Positions 19,643 to 28,037 of a DNA stretch of 64,000 nt are shown here, piece by piece. The number at the start of each line of letters is the position of its first letter. The stretch's first letter is position 1. The notes under the pieces were generated by a model that saw nothing but the letters and a program-made list of their open reading frames with translations, was not told the DNA's origin and made no database searches. Source of the DNA: an uncultured Gallionellaceae bacterium (GTDB lineage: Bacteria > Pseudomonadota > Gammaproteobacteria > Burkholderiales > Gallionellaceae); contig CAZXDK010000005.1 of the NCBI GenBank assembly GCA_964639585.1, positions 5,398-69,397 of the forward strand, given 5' to 3'. The translations under genes and the position numbers were made by a program.

Positions 19643-22600
19643 ATGTCCAGCGCTATTCGCAGCAAAATTTCCATCGGCAATCACGCTCTTTCCGCTTTTC
19701 GTCTCGAAAAACTCCGCACCGCGCTTAAAGCCGTCGCGCCGAACGTGAGTGTCGAAGATACGCGCCACTGGTATTTCAGCGAACTCAACTCGCCGCTGAC
19801 GGAGACCGAAGAAAAGCTGCTGGAGCGTTTGCTGAATCTGGATGCGAGAGCCCCCCGGCCCGCAGACAATTTGCAAAAGCTGTTGGTCGTGCCGCGTCTG
19901 GGCACGATCTCGCCGTGGTCGTCCAAAGCCACCGACATTGCGCAGCACTGCGCTTTGCCCAATGTTTCGCGCATCGAGCGCGGCGTGGTGTATTACTTGA
20001 GCAGCAAGAGCGGCAAGCCGCTGGGCGACGCCGAGATGAAGGCCGTGCTGCCGCTGCTGCACGATCGCATGACCGAATCGGTGGTGACGGACATCGCGGG
20101 CATCGAGAACAAAATATTCCAGCACGGCACACCGCAGCCGCTTTCCAGCGTGGACATCCTCAAGGGCGGCAAGGCCGCACTCGAAGCCGCGAACCGCGAA
20201 CTCGGGCTGGCGCTCTCCGCCGACGAGATCGACTACCTCATCGAGAACTTCAGCAAGCTCAAACGCAATCCCACCGATGTCGAGCTGATGATGTTCGCGC
20301 AGGCCAACTCCGAGCACTGCCGCCACAAAATTTTCAACGCGGACTGGATCATCGACGATGAGCAGCAAGCCATCTCGCTGTTCGGCATGATCCGCAACAC
20401 GCACAAGCTGCACCCCGCAGGCACGGTGATCGCGTACTCCGATAACTCCTCTGTCATCGAAGGCGCCCATGTCGAGCGCTTTTATCCGCGCGCCGGCGGC
20501 GCGTACGAGTTCAGCAAAGAACTCACCCACACCCTGATGAAAGTGGAAACGCACAACCACCCGACCGCCATCGCGCCGTTTGCGGGTGCGGCCACCGGCT
20601 CGGGCGGCGAGATCCGCGACGAAGGCGCGACCGGCTCCGGCTCCAAACCCAAGGCGGGTCTCACCGGCTTCTCCGTTTCCAACCTGAATATCCCCGGTTT
20701 CGAACAGCCGTGGGAAGCCGACCCCATCGGCAAACCGGGACGCATCGCCACCCCGTTGCAGATCATGATCGACGGCCCCTTGGGCGGTGCCGCGTTCAAC
20801 AACGAGTTCGGCCGCCCCAATTTGACCGGCTACTTCCGCACCTTCGAAGAGAGCGTCAACGGTGAAGTGCGCGGCTACCACAAGCCCATCATGCTCGCGG
20901 GCGGCGTGGGCAACATCCGCGCCGACCACACGCACAAACACCAGTTGCCCGCAGGCGCCTTGCTCATCCAGCTCGGCGGCCCCGGCATGCTTATCGGTTT
21001 GGGCGGCGGTGCGGCATCCAGCATGGATACGGGCGCCAACGCCGAGAACCTCGACTTCGATTCCGTGCAGCGCGGCAACCCCGAGATGCAGCGCCGCGCG
21101 CAGGAAGTCATCGACCGCTGCTGGCAGATGGGCAAGCACAATCCTATTCTCTCCATCCACGACGTCGGCGCGGGCGGTATTTCCAACGCGCTGCCCGAGC
21201 TGGTGCACGGCGGCGGCAAGGGCGCGAAGTTCGAACTGCGCGCCGTGCCTAGCGAAGAGCGCGGCATGTCGCCGATGCAGATATGGAGCAACGAAGCGCA
21301 AGAGCGTTACGTGCTCGCCATCCCGCCCGAGCGTCTGGAAGAATTCACCGCCATGTGCGAACGCGAGCGCTGCCCGTTCGCCGTGCTGGGCAAGGCCGTT
21401 GTGGGCGACCAGCTCACCGTGCACGACGCCGAATTCAACAACCATCCGGTGAACATGCCGCTCTCCGTGCTGCTGGGCAAGCCGCCCAAGATGACGCGCA
21501 AAGTGAAGCGCGAAAAAGCGCGCATGCCCAAGTTCGACACTGCCGGTATCGAATTGAAAGACGCCATCGCCCGTGTGTTGCGCCTGCCCAGCGTGGCCGA
21601 CAAAACCTTCCTCATCTCCATCGGCGACCGCACCGTGGGCGGCATGACCGCGCGCGACCAGATGGTCGGCCCGTGGCAAGTGCCGGTGGCGGATGTGGCG
21701 GTCACTCTGATGGGCTTCAACACTTATCTGGCCGAAGCCTTCGCGCTCGGCGAACGCACCCCCATCGCCGTGCTCAACGCGCCCGCATCCGGCCGCATGG
21801 CGATAGGCGAGGCCATCACCAACATCGCCGCCGCACGCATCGAAAAGATCGGCGACATCAAACTCTCCGCCAACTGGATGGCGGCCGCCGGACACCACGG
21901 CGAAGACGCCGCACTGTTCGACACCGTTGAAGCGGTGGGTATGGAGCTGTGCCCGCAACTCGGCATCAGCATCCCCGTGGGCAAAGATTCGATGAGCATG
22001 AAGACCTCTTGGCTAGAAGAGGGCGTTCCCTCCCCCGCCGGGGGAGGGCTAGGGAGAGGGGACACTTCAGGCAACGGAGCGGTAAAAAAAGAAGTCATTG
22101 CCCCCCTGTCGCTCATCGTTACCGCCTTCGCGCCGTGCAGCGATGCGCGCAAGACCCTCACGCCGCAACTTGAGGCGGACACCGATACCGTAGTGTTGCT
22201 GTTCGATCTGGGCTGCGGACGGAACCGCTTGGGCGGCTCGGCGCTGGCGCAGGTCTACAAACAGGTCGGCGACATCGCGCCGGATGTAAACGACGCGCAC
22301 AAGCTCAAGACTTTCTTCGACATCATCCAGCGTTTCAATCGCGAAGACCGCTTGCTGGCCTACCACGACCGTTCCGACGGCGGCATGCTGGCAGCGCTGT
22401 GCGAAATGTCTTTCGCTTCGCACATCGGTCTGGACATCTGTCTGGATGAACTCAAGGGCGACGACCTCGCCGCGCTGTTCAACGAAGAACTCGGCGCGCT
22501 GGTGCAAGTGCGCCGCGCCGATCTGGCCGACATCTTTGTGCAGTGCGACGAAGCGGGGCTGGGCAGCGTGCATGAAGTGGCGCGCCTCAACACTAATGGC

Positions 22601-23614
22601 ACGATACAAATTTTGCGCGGCGGCAAAACGCTGTACAGCGAGAACGCCATCACGCTGCGCCGCATCTGGTCCGAAACGACTTACCAGATGCAGAAGCTGC
22701 GCGACAATCCCGCGTGCGCACAGCAAGAGTTCGACCGCACGCTGGATGCGCATGACGCAGGTCTACATGTGAAGCTGACTTACGATCCGAACGAGAATCC
22801 GGCAGCGGTCCTCAATCCTCAATCCTCAATCCTCATTCCTAAAGCCCGTCCCAAGATGGCCATCCTGCGCGAGCAGGGCGTCAACGGCCAGGTGGAGATG
22901 GCCGCCGCGTTCGACCGCGCCGGATTCGCCGCCGTGGATGTACACATGAGCGACATCATCAGCGGTCGCGTGAAGCTGGCCGACTTCAAGGGCGTGGCCG
23001 CCTGCGGCGGATTCTCCTACGGCGACGTGCTGGGTGCGGGCGAGGGCTGGGCAAAATCAATCCTGTTCAACCCCAGAGCGCGCGACGAATTCGAAGCCTT
23101 CTTCAAACGCAACGACACCTTTGCCTTGGGCGTGTGCAACGGCTGCCAGATGATGAGCAACCTGCACGAGATCATCCCCGGCGCCGAGCATTGGGCGCAC
23201 TTCGCGCGCAACCAGTCAGAGCAATTCGAAGCGCGTTTCGTCATGGTCGAAGTGCAGCAGTCGCCGTCCATCCTGTTCGAGGGCATGGCCGGTAGCCGCA
23301 TGCCCATCGTCGTGGCGCATGGCGAAGGCTATGCCGACTTTGGCAACGCCGCGAAACTGAAAGCCGCGCAGCCGCTGGTGTCGCTGCGCTATGTCGATCA
23401 TGCGGGCAAGCCCACCGAGACCTATCCGCTCAACCCCAACGGTTCACCGCAGGGCATCACCGGACTCACCACGCCGGATGGCCGCTTCAGCATCATGATG
23501 CCGCACCCCGAGCGCGTGTTCCGCGCCGTGCAAAACTCGTGGTATCCGCGTGTGTGGCGCGAGAACGGCGCATGGCTGCGCATGTTCCAGAATGCTAGGA
23601 AGTGGGTGGGGTAG
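19643..23614 (+). CDS. purL: Phosphoribosylformylglycinamidine synthase, single-chain large form
   Basis: 1323 aa. Contains [35 protein letters not shown] and the C-terminal amidotransferase motif GVCNGCQMM...HPER. Confidence 0.97.
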   Translation: MSSAIRSKISIGNHALSAFRLEKLRTALKAVAPNVSVEDTRHWYFSELNSPLTETEEKLLERLLNLDARAPRPADNLQKLLVVPRLGTISPWSSKATDIAQHCALPNVSRIERGVVYYLSSKSGKPLGDAEMKAVLPLLHDRMTESVVTDIAGIENKIFQHGTPQPLSSVDILKGGKAALEAANRELGLALSADEIDYLIENFSKLKRNPTDVELMMFAQANSEHCRHKIFNADWIIDDEQQAISLFGMIRNTHKLHPAGTVIAYSDNSSVIEGAHVERFYPRAGGAYEFSKELTHTLMKVETHNHPTAIAPFAGAATGSGGEIRDEGATGSGSKPKAGLTGFSVSNLNIPGFEQPWEADPIGKPGRIATPLQIMIDGPLGGAAFNNEFGRPNLTGYFRTFEESVNGEVRGYHKPIMLAGGVGNIRADHTHKHQLPAGALLIQLGGPGMLIGLGGGAASSMDTGANAENLDFDSVQRGNPEMQRRAQEVIDRCWQMGKHNPILSIHDVGAGGISNALPELVHGGGKGAKFELRAVPSEERGMSPMQIWSNEAQERYVLAIPPERLEEFTAMCERERCPFAVLGKAVVGDQLTVHDAEFNNHPVNMPLSVLLGKPPKMTRKVKREKARMPKFDTAGIELKDAIARVLRLPSVADKTFLISIGDRTVGGMTARDQMVGPWQVPVADVAVTLMGFNTYLAEAFALGERTPIAVLNAPASGRMAIGEAITNIAAARIEKIGDIKLSANWMAAAGHHGEDAALFDTVEAVGMELCPQLGISIPVGKDSMSMKTSWLEEGVPSPAGGGLGRGDTSGNGAVKKEVIAPLSLIVTAFAPCSDARKTLTPQLEADTDTVVLLFDLGCGRNRLGGSALAQVYKQVGDIAPDVNDAHKLKTFFDIIQRFNREDRLLAYHDRSDGGMLAALCEMSFASHIGLDICLDELKGDDLAALFNEELGALVQVRRADLADIFVQCDEAGLGSVHEVARLNTNGTIQILRGGKTLYSENAITLRRIWSETTYQMQKLRDNPACAQQEFDRTLDAHDAGLHVKLTYDPNENPAAVLNPQSSILIPKARPKMAILREQGVNGQVEMAAAFDRAGFAAVDVHMSDIISGRVKLADFKGVAACGGFSYGDVLGAGEGWAKSILFNPRARDEFEAFFKRNDTFALGVCNGCQMMSNLHEIIPGAEHWAHFARNQSEQFEARFVMVEVQQSPSILFEGMAGSRMPIVVAHGEGYADFGNAAKLKAAQPLVSLRYVDHAGKPTETYPLNPNGSPQGITGLTTPDGRFSIMMPHPERVFRAVQNSWYPRVWRENGAWLRMFQNARKWVG

Positions 23615-23619
23615 TTGCA

Positions 23620-24276
23620 ATGAAAAAAGAATTTTGGCTGGAGCGTTGGGAGCGCGCGGAGATCGGTTTTCACCAGGACGAGATTCATCCTTATCTGCGC
23701 CGCTTCTGGCCTGAGGTACAGGCTGCGCGCGGCGGCGAGGTGTTTGTGCCGCTGTGCGGCAAGAGTTCGGATATGGTGTGGCTGCGCCAGCAGGGGAGCT
23801 TCGTGCTGGGGGTGGAGCTGAGTTCTATCGCGGTGCGGGATTTTTTCAAGGAAAACGGTTTCGCGCCCACGCATGCGAGCAGCGGAAAATTCGATTGCTC
23901 CGAGGCGGATGGCATCCGTATTTTGTGCGGTGATTTTTTTGACTTAGGCAAAGAAGATTTGGCGCGGGTAAGCGCGGTGTACGAACGCGCATCGCTGGTG
24001 GCATTGCCTCCCGACATGCGCGGGCGTTACGCGCGCCACTTGGTCGAGATGCTGCCACCCGCGACGCAAATCCTGCTGCTCACTTTCGATTATCCGCAGG
24101 CGGAAATGCAGGGGCCGCCGTTTGCCGTGACGGTGAACGAGGTCGAGGCGCTATATGGCAAATACGCCGAGATACGCCTGCTGGCGCAGGAAGATGTGCT
24201 GGCACAAAACCCGCGCTTTCAGCAGCGCGGCATGAGCCGCATGCAGGAAAATGTGTTTTTGCTGACGTTGCGCTAG
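23620..24276 (+). CDS. tpm: Thiopurine S-methyltransferase
   Basis: FWLERWERAEIGFHQDEIHPYL and VFVPLCGKSSDMVWL. ATG at 23620 within ORF 23602..24276. Confidence 0.88.
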   Translation: MKKEFWLERWERAEIGFHQDEIHPYLRRFWPEVQAARGGEVFVPLCGKSSDMVWLRQQGSFVLGVELSSIAVRDFFKENGFAPTHASSGKFDCSEADGIRILCGDFFDLGKEDLARVSAVYERASLVALPPDMRGRYARHLVEMLPPATQILLLTFDYPQAEMQGPPFAVTVNEVEALYGKYAEIRLLAQEDVLAQNPRFQQRGMSRMQENVFLLTLR

Positions 24277-24309
24277 TGTAGTGCAGCGTTCTTAACGGCA
24301 CTTATGCTC

Positions 24310-24422
24310 CCTTCCCCCGCAGGCGGGGGAAGGGCAGGGGATGAGGGGTGCTGAGTACGTCACAAATTTGTTTCAACTTGCCATCCCTCACCCCAACCCC
24401 TCTCCCGCCTGCGGGAGAGGGG
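24310..24422. repeat. Inverted pair of the GC-rich palindromic element (intergenic copies)
   Basis: First copy: CCTTCCCCCGCAGGCGGGGGAAGG followed by GCAGGGGATGAGGGG. Second copy: CCCTCACCCCAACCCC followed by TCTCCCGCCTGCGGGAGA. The two are in opposite orientation. Confidence 0.85.
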
Positions 24423-24479
24423 CTTATGCCGAAATTGATTCGCATCAAGTCTCCCGGCAAGACAACACTGCACTGGCTG

Positions 24480-25055
24480 TCAGATCACCGTAAGCCCCAG
24501 CGAGCACCAGTCCTGCATGCCGCCGCGATACCACTTAATGCGGGTCGCGGGATAACTCAGACCGAGCAGCGTGTGGATGTAATTCGGCGTCTGCCCGCAC
24601 CACGGGCCGTTGCAAAAAATGGCGAGCGTGTAAGCGGCGCTGAAGTCGTAAGTTCCGGCAACCTCCTTCACGCCGAAGTGTTCGAGCAAGGTCTTTTTAA
24701 CGCCGGGCAAGTCGCTGGCGCGTCCCGTCATATCCTGCGCATACGGAATGTTGTTCGCACCGGGGATGGTGCCTTTCGCATACCAGTCCGGCGTGCGCGA
24801 ATCAATCACCATGAGATTGCCATCCCCCTGATGGATGCGCAGCAAGCAGTCCAGCACCTCCAGCTCGCCCAGTGTTTCCACCCCCGGCGCCAGTTGCATC
24901 GGCTGGATGCAATAGGGCGGACACTTGCGCGCGGTAACGGCATATTCCGCGCGGATCGTGGCAGAAGGATCGTTCTCGCGACGTATCGTCACGGGGCTAC
25001 CCAAGTGGAGCACTTCAACTGTCGGTATGCCTGCGCGTATCTTGTAGTCAGTCAT
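24480..25055 (-). CDS. Rhodanese-domain protein
   Basis: ATG (MTDYK) at 25055 inside ORF 24480..25253. Active-site loop FCNGPWCGQTP followed by WYRGGMQDW. Confidence 0.8.
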   Translation of the reverse strand: MTDYKIRAGIPTVEVLHLGSPVTIRRENDPSATIRAEYAVTARKCPPYCIQPMQLAPGVETLGELEVLDCLLRIHQGDGNLMVIDSRTPDWYAKGTIPGANNIPYAQDMTGRASDLPGVKKTLLEHFGVKEVAGTYDFSAAYTLAIFCNGPWCGQTPNYIHTLLGLSYPATRIKWYRGGMQDWCSLGLTVI

Positions 25056-25219
25056 GGCATTTATCGGAAGAAAATATTTGAACGGTGATTGTACCGGAGT
25101 GATGTTGCATCCGAAGTGCGGCTTGCAGAATATGCGGCTTGCAGAATAATGCGCGGAGGCGGGTGGGGTAGTAGAATGTCCGGCAATCGAAGAGTCGCAT
25201 AGCGTAATCAGGACACAAA

Positions 25220-25540
25220 ATGATCTCCGAGCAAACCATACAACAAGCAGCACAGCTTTTAGGCGAGGCTGCCAAGCCTGCCAAGGTCATATTGTTTGGC
25301 TCGTATGCACGCGGCGATGCGCAGGAAGATTCTGATTTGGATTTTCTGGTGATCAAGTCGGAGCCGCACGATAAATTTAATGAGATGGTGCGTTTGCGCC
25401 AAGTGCTGCGTCCGTTGAAAGTGGCGGCAGATGTATTGGTCTATTCGCAAGCGGAGATCGATCAACAACAGGATGCTTGTTCAACTGCGGTCTATTGGGC
25501 ATTGCGCGAAGGTCGCGTGTTGTATGACACAGCGCACTGA
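25220..25540 (+). CDS. Nucleotidyltransferase (MNT-type) antitoxin of a HEPN/MNT pair
   Basis: Contains VILFGSYARGDAQEDSDLDFLVI. Overlaps the downstream HEPN gene. Confidence 0.88.
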   Translation: MISEQTIQQAAQLLGEAAKPAKVILFGSYARGDAQEDSDLDFLVIKSEPHDKFNEMVRLRQVLRPLKVAADVLVYSQAEIDQQQDACSTAVYWALREGRVLYDTAH

Positions 25541-25906
25541 GCTGGCACAACGACTATTGGCGCTCGCCGAGCGCGACATCACCTCGTTTCGCGCGTTGGC
25601 CACACATCCCGAAGTAGATATTTCCGCGACAGGATTCTTTGCCCAGCAAGTGGTAGAAAAATGTCTCAAGGCCGTCGCCGAGTATCGCGGCATCGTGTTT
25701 CGTAGAACACATGACGTGGACGAACTCGTCGATCTGCTCTTGCAACACAAGGTAGTAATGCCATTCCCATCAGACCAATTCAGTATCCTCAATCCGTTCG
25801 CGGTGATCTTGCGCTATGAGCGCCGTATGTCAGCATGTCGTTGGAGGATATGCGGCAATTGGTTGATCTAGCCCATCAATGGGCGCGAGGTGTGATTGCC
25901 GCTTGA
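25524..25906 (+). pseudogene. HEPN-domain toxin gene with an apparent 1-nt frameshift near 25820
   Basis: Frame A (25524..25871) reads ...FFAQQVVEKCLKAV...RTHDVDELV...LNPFAVILRYE and then becomes implausible. The shifted frame (+2 relative to frame A, as after a 1-nt deletion) is open from 25820 and reads APYVSMSLEDMRQLVDLAHQWARGVIAA up to the TGA at 25904. Confidence 0.6.
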
Positions 25907-25952
25907 GGTACAAGGCTGCATCAGTGTGAAAGCTCATCACTATGGGAGGCAA

Positions 25953-26153
25953 ATGAATGTTAAACCGATTCGCAACGACGACGATTTGCGTGCCGTATTC
26001 AAACGGATGGAGCGCGTATACCAAGCGCAAGAGGGAACACTTGCAGCGGACGAGATGGAAATTCTCGTCACGCTGATTGAGGCATACGAACACAAACACT
26101 TTCCGATAGGTTTGGTTGATCCGGTCGAAGCCATCAAATTCAGAATGGAGTAG
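25953..26153 (+). pseudogene. Truncated higA-type antitoxin (N-terminal 66 codons only)
   Basis: About 90% identical by eye to 26904..27101. TAG replaces the CAG found in the full copy, and similarity ends just after it. GGGAGG Shine-Dalgarno sequence is present. Confidence 0.7.
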
Positions 26154-26248
26154 CAATTGTTCTTGCACCGTATGTGGGCAGGAAAATAATCCGAACTTCC
26201 CCTTTTTTGCTCTCTTGACGCTATGCGCCATTGGCGTATATTCTGCGC

Positions 26249-26560
26249 ATGATTTTTGTTGAGACACCGACATTCACGCGCCTGATCGTAGCGTTGTTGG
26301 ACGATGACGAATACTCAAAGCTGCAAGAGGAATTGGTCAAGCGTCCCGATGCGGGCGACCCCATCAAAGACGGTGGCGGTATCCGCAAACTTCGCTGGAA
26401 GCGGGCGGGGACAGGCAAGAGCGGCGGCATACGGGTTATCTACTATTGGCTTACCAAAGACGATCAGCTATTGATGCTCGTGGCCTACCCCAAGAACGTG
26501 AAGGACAACCTGACCGACAAAGAAACTGCGCTGCTGCGTAAACTGGTGAAGGAATTATAG
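26249..26560 (+). CDS. higB: HigB-2/RelE-like toxin
   Basis: MIFVETPTFTRL...GGGIRKLRW...GKSGGIRVIYYW resembles Vibrio HigB-2 (recalled from memory). 2-nt gap to the downstream antitoxin. Confidence 0.8.
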   Translation: MIFVETPTFTRLIVALLDDDEYSKLQEELVKRPDAGDPIKDGGGIRKLRWKRAGTGKSGGIRVIYYWLTKDDQLLMLVAYPKNVKDNLTDKETALLRKLVKEL

Positions 26561-26562
26561 AA

Positions 26563-26853
26563 ATGGACAAGACACTTTTTGAAGACCTCAAACAAAGTTT
26601 GAAAGAAGCCGGAGCCATCCGCCGAGGAGAGCTTGCGCCCGGCAGAGTGACAGAGGTCAATGCGCCCGATGCCAAATCCATTCGAGCCAAGGTCGGGTTG
26701 AGTCAAAGCGAATTTGCCCAACTGATCGGCGTTAAAGTCGCGACACTCAGAAACTGGGAACAGCATCGCCGCCAACCCACAGGTGCCGCAGCGGCATTGC
26801 TCACGATTGTAGAGAAAGAGCCCGATGCCGCACTGCGCGCATTGCATTCGTAA
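26563..26853 (+). CDS. higA: HigA-2/NadS-like HTH antitoxin
   Basis: LFEDLKQSLKEAGAI followed by the XRE-type HTH GLSQSEFAQLIGVKVATLRNWEQHRRQP. Confidence 0.82.
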   Translation: MDKTLFEDLKQSLKEAGAIRRGELAPGRVTEVNAPDAKSIRAKVGLSQSEFAQLIGVKVATLRNWEQHRRQPTGAAAALLTIVEKEPDAALRALHS

Positions 26854-26903
26854 AATAAATAGCCCGAAAAAATATTGTGAATCCACTCGCTAATATCCCC
26901 GTC

Positions 26904-27260
26904 ATGAATATTAAACCGATCCGCAACGACGACGACTTGCGCGCCGCATTCAAACGGCTGGAGCGCGTGTACCAAGCGCAAGAGGGAACGCCAGCAGCGG
27001 ACGAGATGGAAATTCTCGTCACGCTGATCGAAGCATACGAACACAAACATTTTCCGATTGGATTGGTTGATCCGGTCGAAGCCATCAAATTCAGAATGGA
27101 GCAGCAAGGCCTGACTCAAAAAGACCTTGAGCCCTACATCGGCTCAAGCGGACGCGTTTCCGAAGTATTGAACCACAAGCGTCGGCTCAGTTTGCAAATG
27201 GTGCAGCGTCTGCATAACGGGCTGCACATCCCTTATGAAAGCTTGTGGTCTGCTCCATAG
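26904..27260 (+). CDS. HigA-family XRE HTH antitoxin (full length) with no adjacent cognate toxin
   Basis: MNIKPIRNDDDLRAAFKRLERV...EQQGLTQKDLEPYIGSSGRVSEVLNHKRRLSLQMVQRL. The alternative GTG start is at 26877. Confidence 0.78.
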   Translation: MNIKPIRNDDDLRAAFKRLERVYQAQEGTPAADEMEILVTLIEAYEHKHFPIGLVDPVEAIKFRMEQQGLTQKDLEPYIGSSGRVSEVLNHKRRLSLQMVQRLHNGLHIPYESLWSAP

Positions 27261-27293
27261 CATTGTGATGCAGCCCTTTTCTGTTTAAACACC

Positions 27294-27569
27294 ATGGATG
27301 AACGCACCCTAAAACGCCTGTTGATCATCGTTGCAGCTAGCATCCTGATCATCTGGGTATTCAAGTCGATGATGTTGAAAGCGGCTGTCAGCCTGAACAA
27401 AGTCGCCGCAGAAAAAAAGCAAGCCGCTGCCGCAACGCCCACCCCGCAGCAGGACGCAACGCCCGAAGCCGATGTGGCGCATGTGATTGAAACGCCCGCA
27501 GCATCGGCTCCCAGAGAGGTGGTTACATTGGAATCGCCTGCAGCATCCGGCGTGGGGGAAGGGCGTTAG
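27294..27569 (+). CDS. Small hypothetical membrane-anchored Ala/Pro-rich protein
   Basis: One TM segment (LLIIVAASILIIWVF) and a terminator downstream. No clear Shine-Dalgarno sequence. Confidence 0.3.
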   Translation: MDERTLKRLLIIVAASILIIWVFKSMMLKAAVSLNKVAAEKKQAAAATPTPQQDATPEADVAHVIETPAASAPREVVTLESPAASGVGEGR

Positions 27570-27606
27570 GTTTGCGGGATTGGATGGGCGGGATGGGCGA
27601 AAAAAT

Positions 27607-27632
27607 GGCGACCGAGGCCGCCGTTTTTTTTT
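27607..27632. terminator. Terminator-like short GC hairpin with a 9-T run
   Basis: GGCGACCGAGGCCGCC followed by G and TTTTTTTTT, with an A-run on the other side. Confidence 0.55.
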
Positions 27633-27732
27633 AATAGTGACCAGCTCTTAGTTATCCTCGCGAGCTCTGGTTATAAGATTCGTAAGTGTGTGAACAAATT
27701 AAGATGAGCTGTCGAATTTAATTTCATGCCAA

Positions 27733-27996
27733 TCATTTCTGCCCAAACAGCTCATCCAGCGGATTCTTCCCCGCAGGCGCACTCCCCGAAGCTCTCTTCA
27801 CCGCAAACTCTTCTTCAATGTTATCCCGATAAAAACTCCAAGCCGCGCCGGAGGTACTGAGTCTGCGCCACAGGTCTCCGCTGACGCCGCTGTGTTGGAG
27901 TGTGCTGCCGCTGTCGAGTTGGACTTGCAGGATGCGCGTTCGCGCGTCGTAGCCGATGGCGCGCAGTTTGCCGGAATTGATCTTTTTCATTTCCAT
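27733..27996 (-). CDS. KTSC domain protein
   Basis: MEMKKINSGKLRAIGYDARTRILQVQLDSGSTLQHSGVSGDLWRRL matches the KTSC domain pattern. Confidence 0.8.
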   Translation of the reverse strand: MEMKKINSGKLRAIGYDARTRILQVQLDSGSTLQHSGVSGDLWRRLSTSGAAWSFYRDNIEEEFAVKRASGSAPAGKNPLDELFGQK

Positions 27997-28037
27997 CGTG
28001 CTTTGCTGCTCAAGATGCTTGATGCTGAATGTTCATC

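Noticed and set aside
19619-21958. A 779-aa ORF on the minus strand, plus many 100-200-aa ORFs in other frames across purL
   Set aside because: It is antisense or out of frame to purL, whose translation is unmistakable. The same reasoning applies to 6615..7748 (opposite rluD), 17874..19004 (overlapping nnrD and the spermidine-synthase-like gene out of frame, same strand), 40951..42351 (opposite the fadB-type gene), 47539..48456 (opposite fadA) and 59383..60288 (opposite the OYE gene).
24348-25088. A 246-aa ORF on the plus strand
   Set aside because: It starts inside the intergenic palindromic repeats and runs antisense to the rhodanese-domain gene. It has no recognisable motifs.
25953-27101. 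Possibility that the two ~198-bp higA repeats are a template/variable-repeat pair of a diversity-generating retroelement
   Set aside because: The roughly 19 mismatches I counted are mostly ordinary transitions at mixed bases and are not adenine-specific. No reverse transcriptase gene is nearby.
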